A stretch of DNA of 64,000 bases from an uncultured Eubacteriales bacterium (GTDB lineage: Bacteria; Bacillota; Clostridia; Oscillospirales; CAG-382): positions 76,554 through 140,553 of the forward strand of contig CAKSUT010000002.1 in assembly GCA_934502885.1 (NCBI GenBank). The letters run 5' to 3'. Both the position numbers and the translations under genes were made by a program. Every line of letters starts with the position of its first letter. The stretch's first letter is position 1. The notes beneath the pieces were generated by a model, which was not told the DNA's origin, ran no database searches, and worked only from the letters and a program-made list of their open reading frames with translations. Shown in pieces: positions 1 through 9,024 of the stretch.

Positions 1-1684
1 TCTTTCTCGAGGTCGTTTTCTCAAACTCGGTCTTTCTGAGTTCGATGTTGCGGACCTGCTTGAATGACGGAAGCTTTTTGTTCATCTCGTTGATATCCGC
101 CTTAATTTTCTCGGAAATATCCTCGAGAGATGTGTCTTTTTCAAACTTGTCGAATGCCGGGAAAACTATAGCCGTCAATACAACCTCGTCGGAATCCGCT
201 TTCTTTCTTCCGACAACGACGCTCTCGGCTATAGAGTCTATATTGCCGAGGTATTCCTCAATTTCCTCCGGGAACACGTTCTTGCCGTTATTAAGGACGA
301 TTACGGACTTCTTTCTGCCGGTGATGTAGATATAGCCGTCGCCGTCCATGTAGCCTATATCGCCGGTTCTGTAGTACCCTTCCTCGTCGAAAGCTTCCTC
401 GGTTGCCTTTTCGTTTTTGTAGTAGCCGAGCATTACGTTCTCGCCCTTTACACAAATCTCGCCCTCGATAAAGCCCTTGTCGTTTTTCGCCGTGCCGTCG
501 ATTTTAGCGGTACACGACTGAACGCACGGACCCACAGAGCCTCGCTTCGGAGCGTAGTAGGGAGTTACCGATATAAGCGGCGAACACTCCGTAATGCCGT
601 AGCCCTCGTAGATGTTTATGCCGAACTCCTCAAACTTTTCGACATAATCCGGATTGAGTGCCGCTCCGCCGCAGATAATCTTGTTAAGTCTGCCTCCGAA
701 CGCTTCTCTTACCTCTTTGAAAAGCTTCTCTCTCATATCAATGCCGACCTTACGCATCGCCTTGGAGGCTTTCATAGCCGCCGCAAGCTTCTTATCCTTG
801 CCGCTCTTCTTTGCGGTATCCCAAATCTTTTTGTACATGGTGTTCACAAAAAGAGGGACGAGGATTATGCCGGTGGGTTTGAAAAAGGCAAAGTTGCGCA
901 GAACGTTTTTAAGGCTGTCGTTTATGCAAACCTCAGCGCCGTAGTTCATTGCGGCAATATGGCAGCAAAGCTCATAGGTGTGATGTATCGGGAGCACCGA
1001 AACTATTGAGTCGTTCACCGAGAAGTCTACCGCTTCGCACGCTGAATTTACGGCTGCAAGCTCGTTCTTTTCGGAGAGCATTACGCACTTCGACGTTCCT
1101 GTTGTTCCCGATGTGAAGAGCATTATAGCCATGCGGTCGGTAACCTCGTAGTCCGGCACTTCAAAGCCCTCTTCAACGGCAAGTTTTCCGTCCTCTGCGA
1201 TTTTCTCGAATTTCAAAACGCCCTCTTTGCCGTCGAGAGTTTCGTCTTCGTTTCTTACGGTAACACAGCGCATTGTTTTCGGCATGGCATCACAGATTTC
1301 TTCAATATGCTTTGCCATTCCGGGCATTACAGCAATTGCGTCTGCCTCCGCTATTTCGAGAAAGCCGCACATTTCCGAAATCTTAAGCTCTTTGTCCATC
1401 GGTATTGCAACTCCGCCGGAGGCAATCGTCGCAATGTAGACGGAAACCCATTCGGGACAAGTCTCGCCGACAATGGCGATTCTCTTTCCGCCGAGGTCGT
1501 TTTTTATGAGTCCTGCGGCAATATTGCCGGTGAGTTCGGAAAACTCGGCAAAGGTCATCTCGGCAACGTCGTTTCTTCCGAGGTAGTATCTGTATAAGGT
1601 TTTGTCGCCGAACTCTGCGAGCTTTTCGTAAAAGTGCTTAAAGTTGCGAACCGGTGTATACACTCTTTCTGTTTTCTTTTTCAT
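1..1684 (-). CDS. Long-chain acyl-CoA synthetase / AMP-dependent ligase (3' end runs off the window start)
   Basis: Not in the ORF track because there is no stop inside the window. My own minus-strand translation from ATG 1684 gives MKKKTERVYTPVRNFKHFYEKLAEF... It contains the AMP-binding signature MLFTSGTTGTSKCV (about nt 1085-1130) and YRTGDIGYMDGDGYIYITGRKK (about nt 330-395). The frame stays open to nt 1. Confidence 0.85.
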   Translation of the reverse strand, partial: MKKKTERVYTPVRNFKHFYEKLAEFGDKTLYRYYLGRNDVAEMTFAEFSELTGNIAAGLIKNDLGGKRIAIVGETCPEWVSVYIATIASGGVAIPMDKELKISEMCGFLEIAEADAIAVMPGMAKHIEEICDAMPKTMRCVTVRNEDETLDGKEGVLKFEKIAEDGKLAVEEGFEVPDYEVTDRMAIMLFTSGTTGTSKCVMLSEKNELAAVNSACEAVDFSVNDSIVSVLPIHHTYELCCHIAAMNYGAEVCINDSLKNVLRNFAFFKPTGIILVPLFVNTMYKKIWDTAKKSGKDKKLAAAMKASKAMRKVGIDMREKLFKEVREAFGGRLNKIICGGAALNPDYVEKFEEFGINIYEGYGITECSPLISVTPYYAPKRGSVGPCVQSCTAKIDGTAKNDKGFIEGEICVKGENVMLGYYKNEKATEEAFDEEGYYRTGDIGYMDGDGYIYITGRKKSVIVLNNGKNVFPEEIEEYLGNIDSIAESVVVGRKKADSDEVVLTAIVFPAFDKFEKDTSLEDISEKIKADINEMNKKLPSFKQVRNIELRKTEFEKTTSRK

Positions 1685-1779
1685 CTCAATATCAGCCTGC
1701 CTTTCGGTAAATTAGCCGCATTTTCAAATCATACTTTTCGGAAAATCTGCGGCAATCAGCTGTCCTGCGTGACAATTAT

Positions 1780-1807
1780 ATTATATATCATGTGGAAAAA
1801 TAGTCAA
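1780..1807 (-). promoter_or_regulatory. Sigma-A-type promoter for the acyl-CoA synthetase gene
   Basis: Minus strand reads TTGACT-16 nt-TATAAT (-35 at 1802-1807, -10 at 1780-1785). A 6-8-6 inverted repeat GTTTCA/TGAAAC at 1822-1841, just upstream, could be an operator. Confidence 0.45.
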
Positions 1808-1884
1808 GCATTATTTATTAAGTTTCATAAAATTTTGAAACACAAAAGTGCAGTCAAATACGAAATAAATGTAAGACTCGGCTA

Positions 1885-2379
1885 TTATCCCCAACGTCGA
1901 AAGACATTAATGCTTTTGACCTCTCCGTCCCCTACCTCAATAATTCCGTATGACGGCGCACGTCCGTCGCGCGGCTCGGAAATGCTTCCGGGGTTCATGA
2001 GTATTATACCGTCCTTTTCCTCGGCAAGCGGAATGTGAGTGTGACCGAAAAGTGCGATTTTTGCCCCGTTTTGCTTCGCCTTTGCCGTCAACGGCAAAAG
2101 TGATCCTTTGACTCCGCAGGTATGACCGTGGCACATGAAAATCTTTACTCCGCCGTAATCGACGGTCTTTTCGTAGTCGTCCTTTGAAAAGCCGTAAAAG
2201 TCACAATTGCCGGCGACCGTGCAAACGGGGAGATACGGGTACTTGCGGACGAGTTCTTCGGCGTCCGAAACATGGTCGCCGAGATGTATCACGGCGTTTA
2301 TTTCGCTGTAGTGTCTGTCAACAACCGAGAACATACCGTAGTTTCTGCCGTGTGAATCCGAGAATACAAGTATGCGCAT
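1885..2379 (-). CDS. YfcE/MJ0936-family metallophosphoesterase (phosphodiesterase)
   Basis: ORF 1885..2472 trimmed to the internal Met (MRILVFSDSHGR...) because the upstream gene ends at 2387. Motifs DSHG, GDxxD, GNCD and GHTH are present. Confidence 0.8.
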   Translation of the reverse strand: MRILVFSDSHGRNYGMFSVVDRHYSEINAVIHLGDHVSDAEELVRKYPYLPVCTVAGNCDFYGFSKDDYEKTVDYGGVKIFMCHGHTCGVKGSLLPLTAKAKQNGAKIALFGHTHIPLAEEKDGIILMNPGSISEPRDGRAPSYGIIEVGDGEVKSINVFRRWG

Positions 2380-2386
2380 TTTCGCA

Positions 2387-3472
2387 TCATTCCTCGTCGT
2401 AGAAATAGAGTTCAAAACCGGGGTTGAGTTTTCCCTCTTCGTAAAGCGCACGAACGGGAGTCCAGTCCTCAACGGCGTTCATGTCGAGAGAAATGTACTC
2501 GATTTTGTCCGAGTTAAGCTTTGCGAAAGGCGAAAGGTCTCTTATATAGTTGTAGTCAAGGTACAAAACGCGGAGATTCGGAAGCTCCGTAAAGGGAGTG
2601 ACGTCCTCTATCGCGTTGTACATGAGCGACACGTCCTCGAGCGTCTTTATGTCGGCAAGCGCCGAGACGTCGGAAAGTCCGCATCTGTAAAGTGTAAGAT
2701 ATTTGAGGGGAAGCTCTCTGAGGCAGGAAATGTCGGTAATGCCGCTGAAATTTATCGAGAGACTCTCAAGCTTTTTGAGGTTTGCAAATGACGAAATATC
2801 TTCAAAGCACTTGTCCCCATCGTCGTAAAAGCGGTAATCCGCACCGAGGGATATGCTCTCGAGATTGTCAAGACCGCCCGTGCCGAGAATGCTGACATCG
2901 TCTATTATCGCACCGGACACGCTGAAAACCTTAAGGTTCTTGAGCTTCTCCACGCCGTCAAGCTTTTTGAGTGCCGTGTTCTTTCCGTCGGTGTGTATTG
3001 ACACCGATTCAAGCTCCTTGCAGTAACGAAGATCATCGAAGCTGTCAAAGGTGTAAACGTCGAAGGTTGCGAAATCACGCACGCCCGTGAGGTACTTCAT
3101 ATCCTCAAACGACGATATCTGCTTCACGGCGGTTCTCTTTAAAAGATCGCGCCTGGCGTCGAAGTCGGTTTCGTTCATGTAGTCGTCGAAGCCGACACTT
3201 ATATTGCACACGCCGTCGTAATTGCTGAAGTAAATGTATCTCACCGACGAAAGCTCCTCTCGGGTAAGCTCGGAGACGGGCTTGGCGAATATGCTCGACA
3301 TTGCGGAAGCAAAGTCCTTGTCAGCAAAAGCGACGGGAGTACTCTTGTCCTCCGTCTCGTCATCGGCGGCGCTGTTTGTTTTATTGCAGCCGAACATTGC
3401 CGATACCACTGCAAGTGCAAGAAGTACCGTACATATTATGCGCAATGCGGTCGGTTTATCAGTCTTTTTCAT
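2387..3472 (-). CDS. Leucine-rich-repeat (internalin-like) surface lipoprotein
   Basis: ORF 2387..3508 trimmed to MKKTDKPT... The signal peptide ends ...SAMFG-C (lipobox-like). The body is made of ~22-aa LRRs, e.g. LPNLRVLYLDYNYIRDLSPFAKL. Confidence 0.7.
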   Translation of the reverse strand: MKKTDKPTALRIICTVLLALAVVSAMFGCNKTNSAADDETEDKSTPVAFADKDFASAMSSIFAKPVSELTREELSSVRYIYFSNYDGVCNISVGFDDYMNETDFDARRDLLKRTAVKQISSFEDMKYLTGVRDFATFDVYTFDSFDDLRYCKELESVSIHTDGKNTALKKLDGVEKLKNLKVFSVSGAIIDDVSILGTGGLDNLESISLGADYRFYDDGDKCFEDISSFANLKKLESLSINFSGITDISCLRELPLKYLTLYRCGLSDVSALADIKTLEDVSLMYNAIEDVTPFTELPNLRVLYLDYNYIRDLSPFAKLNSDKIEYISLDMNAVEDWTPVRALYEEGKLNPGFELYFYDEE

Positions 3473-3591
3473 TGTCGTGACCGTCCTTTCTTCATAAAGG
3501 TAAAGCATAAATTAAAAAGTTACGGCAAACAGCTTTTGCGTTGCCATTTGCCGTTTGCCGTTTGCTGTATGCCGGGGAAAATCCCCATTAA

Positions 3592-4806
3592 TTACTCTGC
3601 GTCCGCGCTTGTGTCGGCGGAAACCTCGTCATTATCGACGGGAGCGTCGGTATTGTCGTCCGCGTTGTCGTCGGTGTTCGCGTCTGTGCTGTCGTCCGCA
3701 TTTGCATCAGTGTTGTCATCTGCATTGTCATCTGCATTTGCGTCAGCATCACCGTCCGCGCTTGTGTCAGCGTTGTCGTCCGTATTCTCTTCGGGCATAC
3801 CGCTTACCTTATCCTTGAACGCTTCAACAGCGGTCCAATCCTCAATGCCGTCGTTGCCGGAAAGGTCAACGGACAGAATCTTCTCTGCGTTGAGTGCGGA
3901 GAGAGCGGAGATATCGGTGATTTCGTTGTTCGAGAGGCTTACGGTTTCAAGCTCGGGAAGAGCGACTACCGTCTCGAGATCCTTTGTGCCTGTGCCGCCG
4001 AGATAGAGCGTCTTGAGAGCCGTGAGGTTCTTTATGGGGGTGATATCCGCAATGGTGTTGTTGTCAAGAGAAAGAGTCTCAAGCTTTACAAGACCGGAAA
4101 GTGCGGAAATATCGGTAATGGCGTTGTCGTCGAGCGTAAGAGACGTAAGCTCCGTAAGACCGGCGAGGGGAGCAATATCGGAAACACCGCAGGAGGCGAA
4201 TGTAAGCTCCTTGAGGTTTGCGAAGTCAGCAACTGCGGAGATGTCTCCGAGAGTGCCGCCGTAAACGAGAAGGTTTTCAACATTTGCGGCGCTTGCCGAG
4301 AATACGGAAAGGTCGTTGAACTTTTCGTCCTGATAAATGTTGATTCTCTTAAGACCGGTGAAGAGAGCCATATCGGCATAGTCGATCGAGGCTGCGTCAA
4401 AAGTCTTTACAAGCTTCTGATTTTCCTCGTAAGCCTTCTTCTCCTCATCAGTGCTGTCGTCTGTTGCGGTGATCGAAGAATCGTAGCCGGGGAGCGTGAG
4501 AGTTACGGACACGCCCTTGGTGTTGAGACTGCTTGTGTCGAGACCGTACATTGCATAAATGGACGCCATATATGCGTTGGAGGTTACGTTAATCGACTCA
4601 TACTGTGCAAGCTCTTCTTCGGTGATCTTGCCTGCCGGCTTGCCGAGAACTTCGGAAAGACCGTCAGCAAAGTTTCTGTCGGAAATGAACGAGGATTTGG
4701 AAACGCTGTAGGAATAAACAACATAAACACAGGCTGCCGCAAGAATTACAACGAGCAACCAAAGGATAATTGTAGAAGCCTTTGACTTCTTAGAATTTCT
4801 GGCCAT
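3592..4806 (-). CDS. Leucine-rich-repeat surface protein with N-terminal membrane anchor and acidic low-complexity C-terminal tail
   Basis: ORF 3592..4857 trimmed to MARNSKKSKAS... (ATG 4806, preceded by GGAGGG). It has a TM helix ILWLLVVILAAACVYVVY and LRRs, e.g. LTELTSLTLDDNAITDISALSGLVKLETLSLDNNTIADITPI. The C-terminal 65 aa are D/N/A/T-rich. Confidence 0.75.
   Translation of the reverse strand: MARNSKKSKASTIILWLLVVILAAACVYVVYSYSVSKSSFISDRNFADGLSEVLGKPAGKITEEELAQYESINVTSNAYMASIYAMYGLDTSSLNTKGVSVTLTLPGYDSSITATDDSTDEEKKAYEENQKLVKTFDAASIDYADMALFTGLKRINIYQDEKFNDLSVFSASAANVENLLVYGGTLGDISAVADFANLKELTFASCGVSDIAPLAGLTELTSLTLDDNAITDISALSGLVKLETLSLDNNTIADITPIKNLTALKTLYLGGTGTKDLETVVALPELETVSLSNNEITDISALSALNAEKILSVDLSGNDGIEDWTAVEAFKDKVSGMPEENTDDNADTSADGDADANADDNADDNTDANADDSTDANTDDNADDNTDAPVDNDEVSADTSADAE
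3595..3798 (-). repeat. Coding low-complexity imperfect tandem repeat (D/N/A/T-rich tail of the LRR protein)
   Basis: Encodes DDNADTSADGDADANADDNADDNTDANADDSTDANTDDNADDNTDAPVDNDEVSADTSADAE. The DNA shows irregular reiteration of gtcgtc/gcattt/gcgtc units. Confidence 0.8.
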
Positions 4807-4932
4807 AGTGCCCTCCGAAAATTTTATTATATTTGTGCTTATACACATCTTCACCATTATACCATGACTTTTTTAAAAAAACAAGAATATTTTTCAAACT
4901 AATAAATATTTCAGCTTTTTTTACAAGGTAAA

Positions 4933-4978
4933 TTGCAAAAACAGGCATTTTGGGCAGACTTTTTTGCCCAAAATGCCT
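4933..4978 (-). terminator. Rho-independent terminator after spoIIIAH
   Basis: Perfect 14-bp stem AGGCAUUUUGGGCA / UGCCCAAAAUGCCU (4943-4956 / 4965-4978), followed on the minus strand by GUUUUUGCAAUUU. Confidence 0.8.
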
Positions 4979-4985
4979 TCGGAGG

Positions 4986-5600
4986 TCAGTTCTTCTCTAT
5001 TATTTTGATGTTCTCGGGAGAAAATCCCGTCTCGCTCATGGCAATTTCGCGTATCTGCGCGACCTCGTTCGTGAGAAGCCCCGAGGTTTTGACGACGACA
5101 TTTACGTTGTCTCCGTTAACCACGGCAAGGCAGTCCTCAAAGCCCTTTGCCTTGACCATTGTTTCGACGTTGGATTCTATCTCGATATTTCCGGCGATGG
5201 ATATCATTTTTCCGAGTGCTTCGTCCTTGACGTCGGGCATCGTTTCCGAGCTGTCAACAACGGTCTGGAGTGTCTGGAGCGCTTCGTCGCGTCTGCGCTC
5301 TCTGTCCGCCGCTGCGTCGAGGAAATATGCGTCCTTGCTTTCGGATGCCGCAACCTCGGCAAGCGGAGAATTTTCGGGTGAAACGCCGTCAACAAGCGTC
5401 GCCTCTCCGAGTATCTTGGAGCTGTCGGTGTCATACGACGCGGTATACAGATAGTCGGTGTTGGGAGAGAACCCGTCGAGACCATTGTTCCAGTCTATGT
5501 AAACCGCAATGCAGATAAGTGCGACAAACGCAAATGCCGCAAAGGTTCTCGCGTGCTTTTTGAAGAACGAAAACGTCCCCCTAAGCTCTGCTTTTTTCAT
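4986..5600 (-). CDS. spoIIIAH: Stage III sporulation protein AH
   Basis: ORF 4986..5606; the start at the third codon (5600) has better AGGAGA spacing. It has an N-terminal TM anchor, an acidic linker and a C-terminal ring-building-type domain (NVNVVVKTSGLLTNEVAQIREI). It lies directly after AG. Confidence 0.65.
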   Translation of the reverse strand: MKKAELRGTFSFFKKHARTFAAFAFVALICIAVYIDWNNGLDGFSPNTDYLYTASYDTDSSKILGEATLVDGVSPENSPLAEVAASESKDAYFLDAAADRERRRDEALQTLQTVVDSSETMPDVKDEALGKMISIAGNIEIESNVETMVKAKGFEDCLAVVNGDNVNVVVKTSGLLTNEVAQIREIAMSETGFSPENIKIIEKN

Positions 5601-5644
5601 ATACATTTCTCCTTTCAGAATGTGCGGAAAGTTGTTGTTTTCGT

Positions 5645-6184
5645 TTATGTGCCGTCATTTTCTCCGCCTATAACCTCCACCCTGCCCTTCGGCACGCCGA
5701 AAAGTGCGCTTGCGGCGTCCGCTATCTTTTCTTTAACCACCGCATCGTTTCCGCCGCGGCAGACAACAAGCACGCCTTTGACCTTCGGACAGAGCTTCTT
5801 TACAAGCACGGGACTTTCGGGGTTTCGGCTTCCGCCGACAAGCACAAGCTCCTTTTCTGAGGTGCGCGTATCCGAAGCGGTTCCGCCCTTTATGCCGGCA
5901 TTGTACGCATATATGTTTTCAAACGAACTGTCAAATGTAATCATGACGCTTGCTTTTCCCGTACCGTCGATATCCGATATTATTTTCGCAAGATTCTCCT
6001 CGAGTTTTTCGGCGTATGACGAGAGCTCATCCGCGCCCGTATACTCGGTACCGACCTTTTCCGCGCCGTCGTTCGACATAAAAAGAAGAGTTAATCCGAC
6101 GGCAAGCACCGCAAGCATAACCGCGTTTTTACCGTCAATAAGTCCTTTTAATATGCCGAGCGGTGTTTTTTTACCGATTTCGCT
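5645..6184 (-). CDS. spoIIIAG: Stage III sporulation protein AG
   Basis: ORF 5645..6247 trimmed to MSEIGKKTPLG... It has a single TM, then ASVMITFDSS...VLVKKLCPKVKGVLVVCRGGNDAVVKEKIADAASALFGVPKGRVEV, which is typical of SpoIIIAG. Confidence 0.7.
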   Translation of the reverse strand, partial: SEIGKKTPLGILKGLIDGKNAVMLAVLAVGLTLLFMSNDGAEKVGTEYTGADELSSYAEKLEENLAKIISDIDGTGKASVMITFDSSFENIYAYNAGIKGGTASDTRTSEKELVLVGGSRNPESPVLVKKLCPKVKGVLVVCRGGNDAVVKEKIADAASALFGVPKGRVEVIGGENDGT

Positions 6185-6191
6185 CATGCTT

Positions 6192-6725
6192 TTACGCTTC
6201 ACTTCCCTTCTTTCGCGTTTCTCCCACCGAAATCTCAGTGTCCGCACAGCCGGTTATCATTCCGACATATTCCGTCACTTCCTCCGTGTCAATTCCGGCG
6301 GCCGCATTCTCCGAAAGCCGTGCCGACACTTTCGCGAATGAGAGTGTCAGTGTGCCGCCGTCCGTTTCTTCCGTTAATTCTATGCGGACTGAGATATCGT
6401 TTATTCCGATTCCGTACTTTTTGCACAGCTCGGAGGCGATTTTTTCTTCAAGCTCACGTCGGCACTCCGAAACGACAAGCTCCGGCGAGCCGAAGCTTTC
6501 GCTCACTTGCATATCTTCTCCGAAAAAAGCCGCGGCGTCCTCGGCATTCCACGCCTCACCGTTTTTCACGACAGGCAAAAACACCGTGCATATCACAAAC
6601 AACACCACGACAAGCCGCACGTAGCGTCCTATATTCCGTCCTCCGTCCTCCGCCGCAGCCATCACGTTATCCGCGCACGCACCGGCGGCGCATACGGTGA
6701 GAACTGTAAGCAATGCCTCTCTCAT
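6192..6725 (-). CDS. spoIIIAF: Stage III sporulation protein AF
   Basis: Two N-terminal hydrophobic helices; IGRYVRLVVVLFVICTVFLPVVK resembles B. subtilis MQKYAKMVVSLLLIVVMLTPIFK. A soluble C-terminal domain follows. It sits immediately upstream of AG/AH. Confidence 0.55.
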   Translation of the reverse strand: MREALLTVLTVCAAGACADNVMAAAEDGGRNIGRYVRLVVVLFVICTVFLPVVKNGEAWNAEDAAAFFGEDMQVSESFGSPELVVSECRRELEEKIASELCKKYGIGINDISVRIELTEETDGGTLTLSFAKVSARLSENAAAGIDTEEVTEYVGMITGCADTEISVGETRKKGSEA

Positions 6726-6746
6726 ATTTTCCTCCGTCCCGTTTTT

Positions 6747-8090
6747 TCATCTTGTCACGGCTCTCGAAAAAGCACTTGCGAAAAGCTTAACCGCACGCGA
6801 CGCCTCCTCATAGGTATTGCCGCAGGAACCGACCTCAAGTATGAATGAGCCTTGCGTGAACTGCTGATTGAATCTCGACGCACGGAGATTGAGCGGTCTT
6901 ACAAGGGACGGATAATCCTCCGCGATGCGCTTTTGTATGGTGAGTGCGGCGGTGAGATTTTTCCGCCATTCCGGGTGTGACGCGCCTCCGTCGTCCGTTC
7001 CTATAACGAACATTATCTGAGCCGTTTTCTCACCGCAGATTTCGGCGGCAGGCTTTATTTTTTCGTTTGTCGTGCGGACTATCGAGTCGCGGTGAAGATC
7101 TATGACATACTCTATGGACGGGTACTTTTCAATATATTCCGCAATGCTTTTTGCGCTCTGCGAATACGCCGAGAGAAACGACTTTTCGTCGTGCATTATC
7201 TCGCAGTGAACCGTCGGTATGCCGTAAGAATTGAGTGCGTCGGTAAGCTCTGTTCCGAGACCGACAACATTTTTCGTCGTATCGGTCGTCCGCGGCGAAA
7301 GCTCGCTTTTAGGGTAGCGGTCGGAATCGACCGAGGTAAATCCCTCCGTGCCGTGCGTGTGGACTATAAGCACCTTTGGTTTATCGGGCGACTCAAACGG
7401 CACTATCGGCGCTATTGGAAAGGCCTTTGCGAGGTACTCCTCCGCAGAGACGGAATAGGCGGTGTCGTTGTTTATGCGTATCTCTCCGTCCTTCGAGGAA
7501 AGATCCATTGACGTGAGAGGAAACGTATCGCCGTCCGAATATATTGACGCCTCCTCTGTATTATCTGACACCGAGACGGCAACCGCGTCGGCAGGTGCGG
7601 CTTTTTCACCGTCGTCGTCAGCGGTGTTTTCAGCCGCTTTGACGTCGGTATCCTTCGGGAGGCTCAGGTAGTATGACGAAATGACTCCCGAAGCGGGAAC
7701 CGTTTCCTTTTCATGGAGAAAATCAACAAAATCGCCGCTCATATTCCCTACGTTAAAGGAATATGCGCCGACTCGGAGAGTGCCGTCGTCAAAACCGATT
7801 ATTCCGAGAATTGCAAGCGGAATTGCGGCAAGGATCGCCGCGGCGGTGACGACAACCGCGCATCTTATTAGTCCCGACAGCGTTCTTTTGAGTTTTCGCG
7901 CAGACCTTCTTCCGCGCTCTCTTTTTGTGCGTATCCGGACATTAGCATCGCTTCGGCACACGGTCGGCTCTCTTGCGGCGTCAAAGAAGATTGTCTTTTC
8001 CTTTCGCACTGTGTTCTGCGGCTCTTCCTTTTTCGCATCCGCGATGACTGTAAATTTTGTGTATGTCACGCTTTCCTCTCCTTTTCGCAT
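6747..8090 (-). CDS. spoIIP: Stage II sporulation protein P (engulfment cell-wall amidase/endopeptidase)
   Basis: The C-terminal 220 aa (PKVLIVHTHGTEGF...IDLHRDS...IMFVIGTD...NLRASRFNQ...ILEVGSCGNTYEEA) match the SpoIIP family. The N-terminal part has a TM. An alternative GTG start at 8069 follows AGGAGAGG. Confidence 0.8.
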   Translation of the reverse strand: MRKGEESVTYTKFTVIADAKKEEPQNTVRKEKTIFFDAAREPTVCRSDANVRIRTKRERGRRSARKLKRTLSGLIRCAVVVTAAAILAAIPLAILGIIGFDDGTLRVGAYSFNVGNMSGDFVDFLHEKETVPASGVISSYYLSLPKDTDVKAAENTADDDGEKAAPADAVAVSVSDNTEEASIYSDGDTFPLTSMDLSSKDGEIRINNDTAYSVSAEEYLAKAFPIAPIVPFESPDKPKVLIVHTHGTEGFTSVDSDRYPKSELSPRTTDTTKNVVGLGTELTDALNSYGIPTVHCEIMHDEKSFLSAYSQSAKSIAEYIEKYPSIEYVIDLHRDSIVRTTNEKIKPAAEICGEKTAQIMFVIGTDDGGASHPEWRKNLTAALTIQKRIAEDYPSLVRPLNLRASRFNQQFTQGSFILEVGSCGNTYEEASRAVKLFASAFSRAVTR

Positions 8091-8157
8091 CTCGCATATC
8101 GGGTGATGTTAAATTATAGTGCGGAGGGTTCGGAAATATTACAGTTTTAATTGCGTT

Positions 8158-8190
8158 GCAAAACAAAAAGCGTCCGACAAAATCGGACGC
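8158..8190 (-). terminator. Rho-independent terminator after the MBL-fold hydrolase gene
   Basis: Minus strand: GCGUCCGA-UUUUG-UCGGACGC followed by UUUUUGUUUUG (stem 8170-8190). Confidence 0.75.
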
Positions 8191-8229
8191 TCATATGTGC
8201 CGCAAGCTTCATTTTACGGCAAGTCTGTC

Positions 8230-9000
8230 TCATATTATACTTTTCGGCGCAACTTTTACGGTACAGCCGCAAAGTCCTTTTTCCGCAAGAGAGCTTTCAC
8301 TCTCCGAAAGCACCTTTTCAGGCGTGTTGTTTTCCTCGGAGAGGTGCGCAAGCCACACTGTCTCCGCGCCGCCTTCGGCAAGAAAGGGAACAAATCTCGC
8401 ACAGTCCTTGTTTGAAAGATGCCCCCTGTCGGAAAGAATGCGCTGTTTTAACATATACGGATACGGACCGTTTTTGAGCATATCGAGGTCATGATTCGAC
8501 TCAACAACCACCTGACGGCAGCCGATAAGCGCGGCGGCAATGCCTTTTGTAACATAGCCTATATCGGTCGCGAAGCCGAAAGAATCGCCGTCCGTGTCGC
8601 TTATATGAAAGCAGACGCTTCCGAGCGCGTCGTGCGGAGTCTTGAATATATCGACACCGATACCGCCTATCGAGACGCTCTCACCGGCGTTCTTTATAAC
8701 GGCGCACCGCGAGAGATTTTCGTAGGCTCTGTCTGCGAAAATATAATCCGCAGACATTCCGTTTATGTAGACCGGTATGTGATACTTTTTCGATATTACC
8801 TCGAGTCCGCGTATGTGGTCGATATGCTCGTGAGTCACAAGTATCGCCGATATGCCGAGAATCGACTTTCCGATACTTTCAAGTGCTTTTGTCACCGAAA
8901 GGCATGAGACTCCGGCGTCGATGAGTATTCTTGTATCGCCGCTTTCGACAAAGGTACAGTTGCCCTTCGATCCCGAAAACATGGGAACTGTGTTTATCAT
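8230..9000 (-). CDS. MBL-fold metallo-hydrolase (YycJ/WalJ-like)
   Basis: SGSKGNCTFVESGDTRILIDAG and the HEHIDH zinc motif are present; length is 256 aa. Confidence 0.8.
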   Translation of the reverse strand: MINTVPMFSGSKGNCTFVESGDTRILIDAGVSCLSVTKALESIGKSILGISAILVTHEHIDHIRGLEVISKKYHIPVYINGMSADYIFADRAYENLSRCAVIKNAGESVSIGGIGVDIFKTPHDALGSVCFHISDTDGDSFGFATDIGYVTKGIAAALIGCRQVVVESNHDLDMLKNGPYPYMLKQRILSDRGHLSNKDCARFVPFLAEGGAETVWLAHLSEENNTPEKVLSESESSLAEKGLCGCTVKVAPKSII

Positions 9001-9024
9001 GTGGGTAAAAATCTCCTGTAATCG

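Noticed and set aside
3595-3798. Reiterated DNA that could be mistaken for a repeat array or a CRISPR-like structure.
   Set aside because: The period is irregular and there is no repeat-spacer organisation. It lies in frame inside the LRR gene, so it is coding low complexity.
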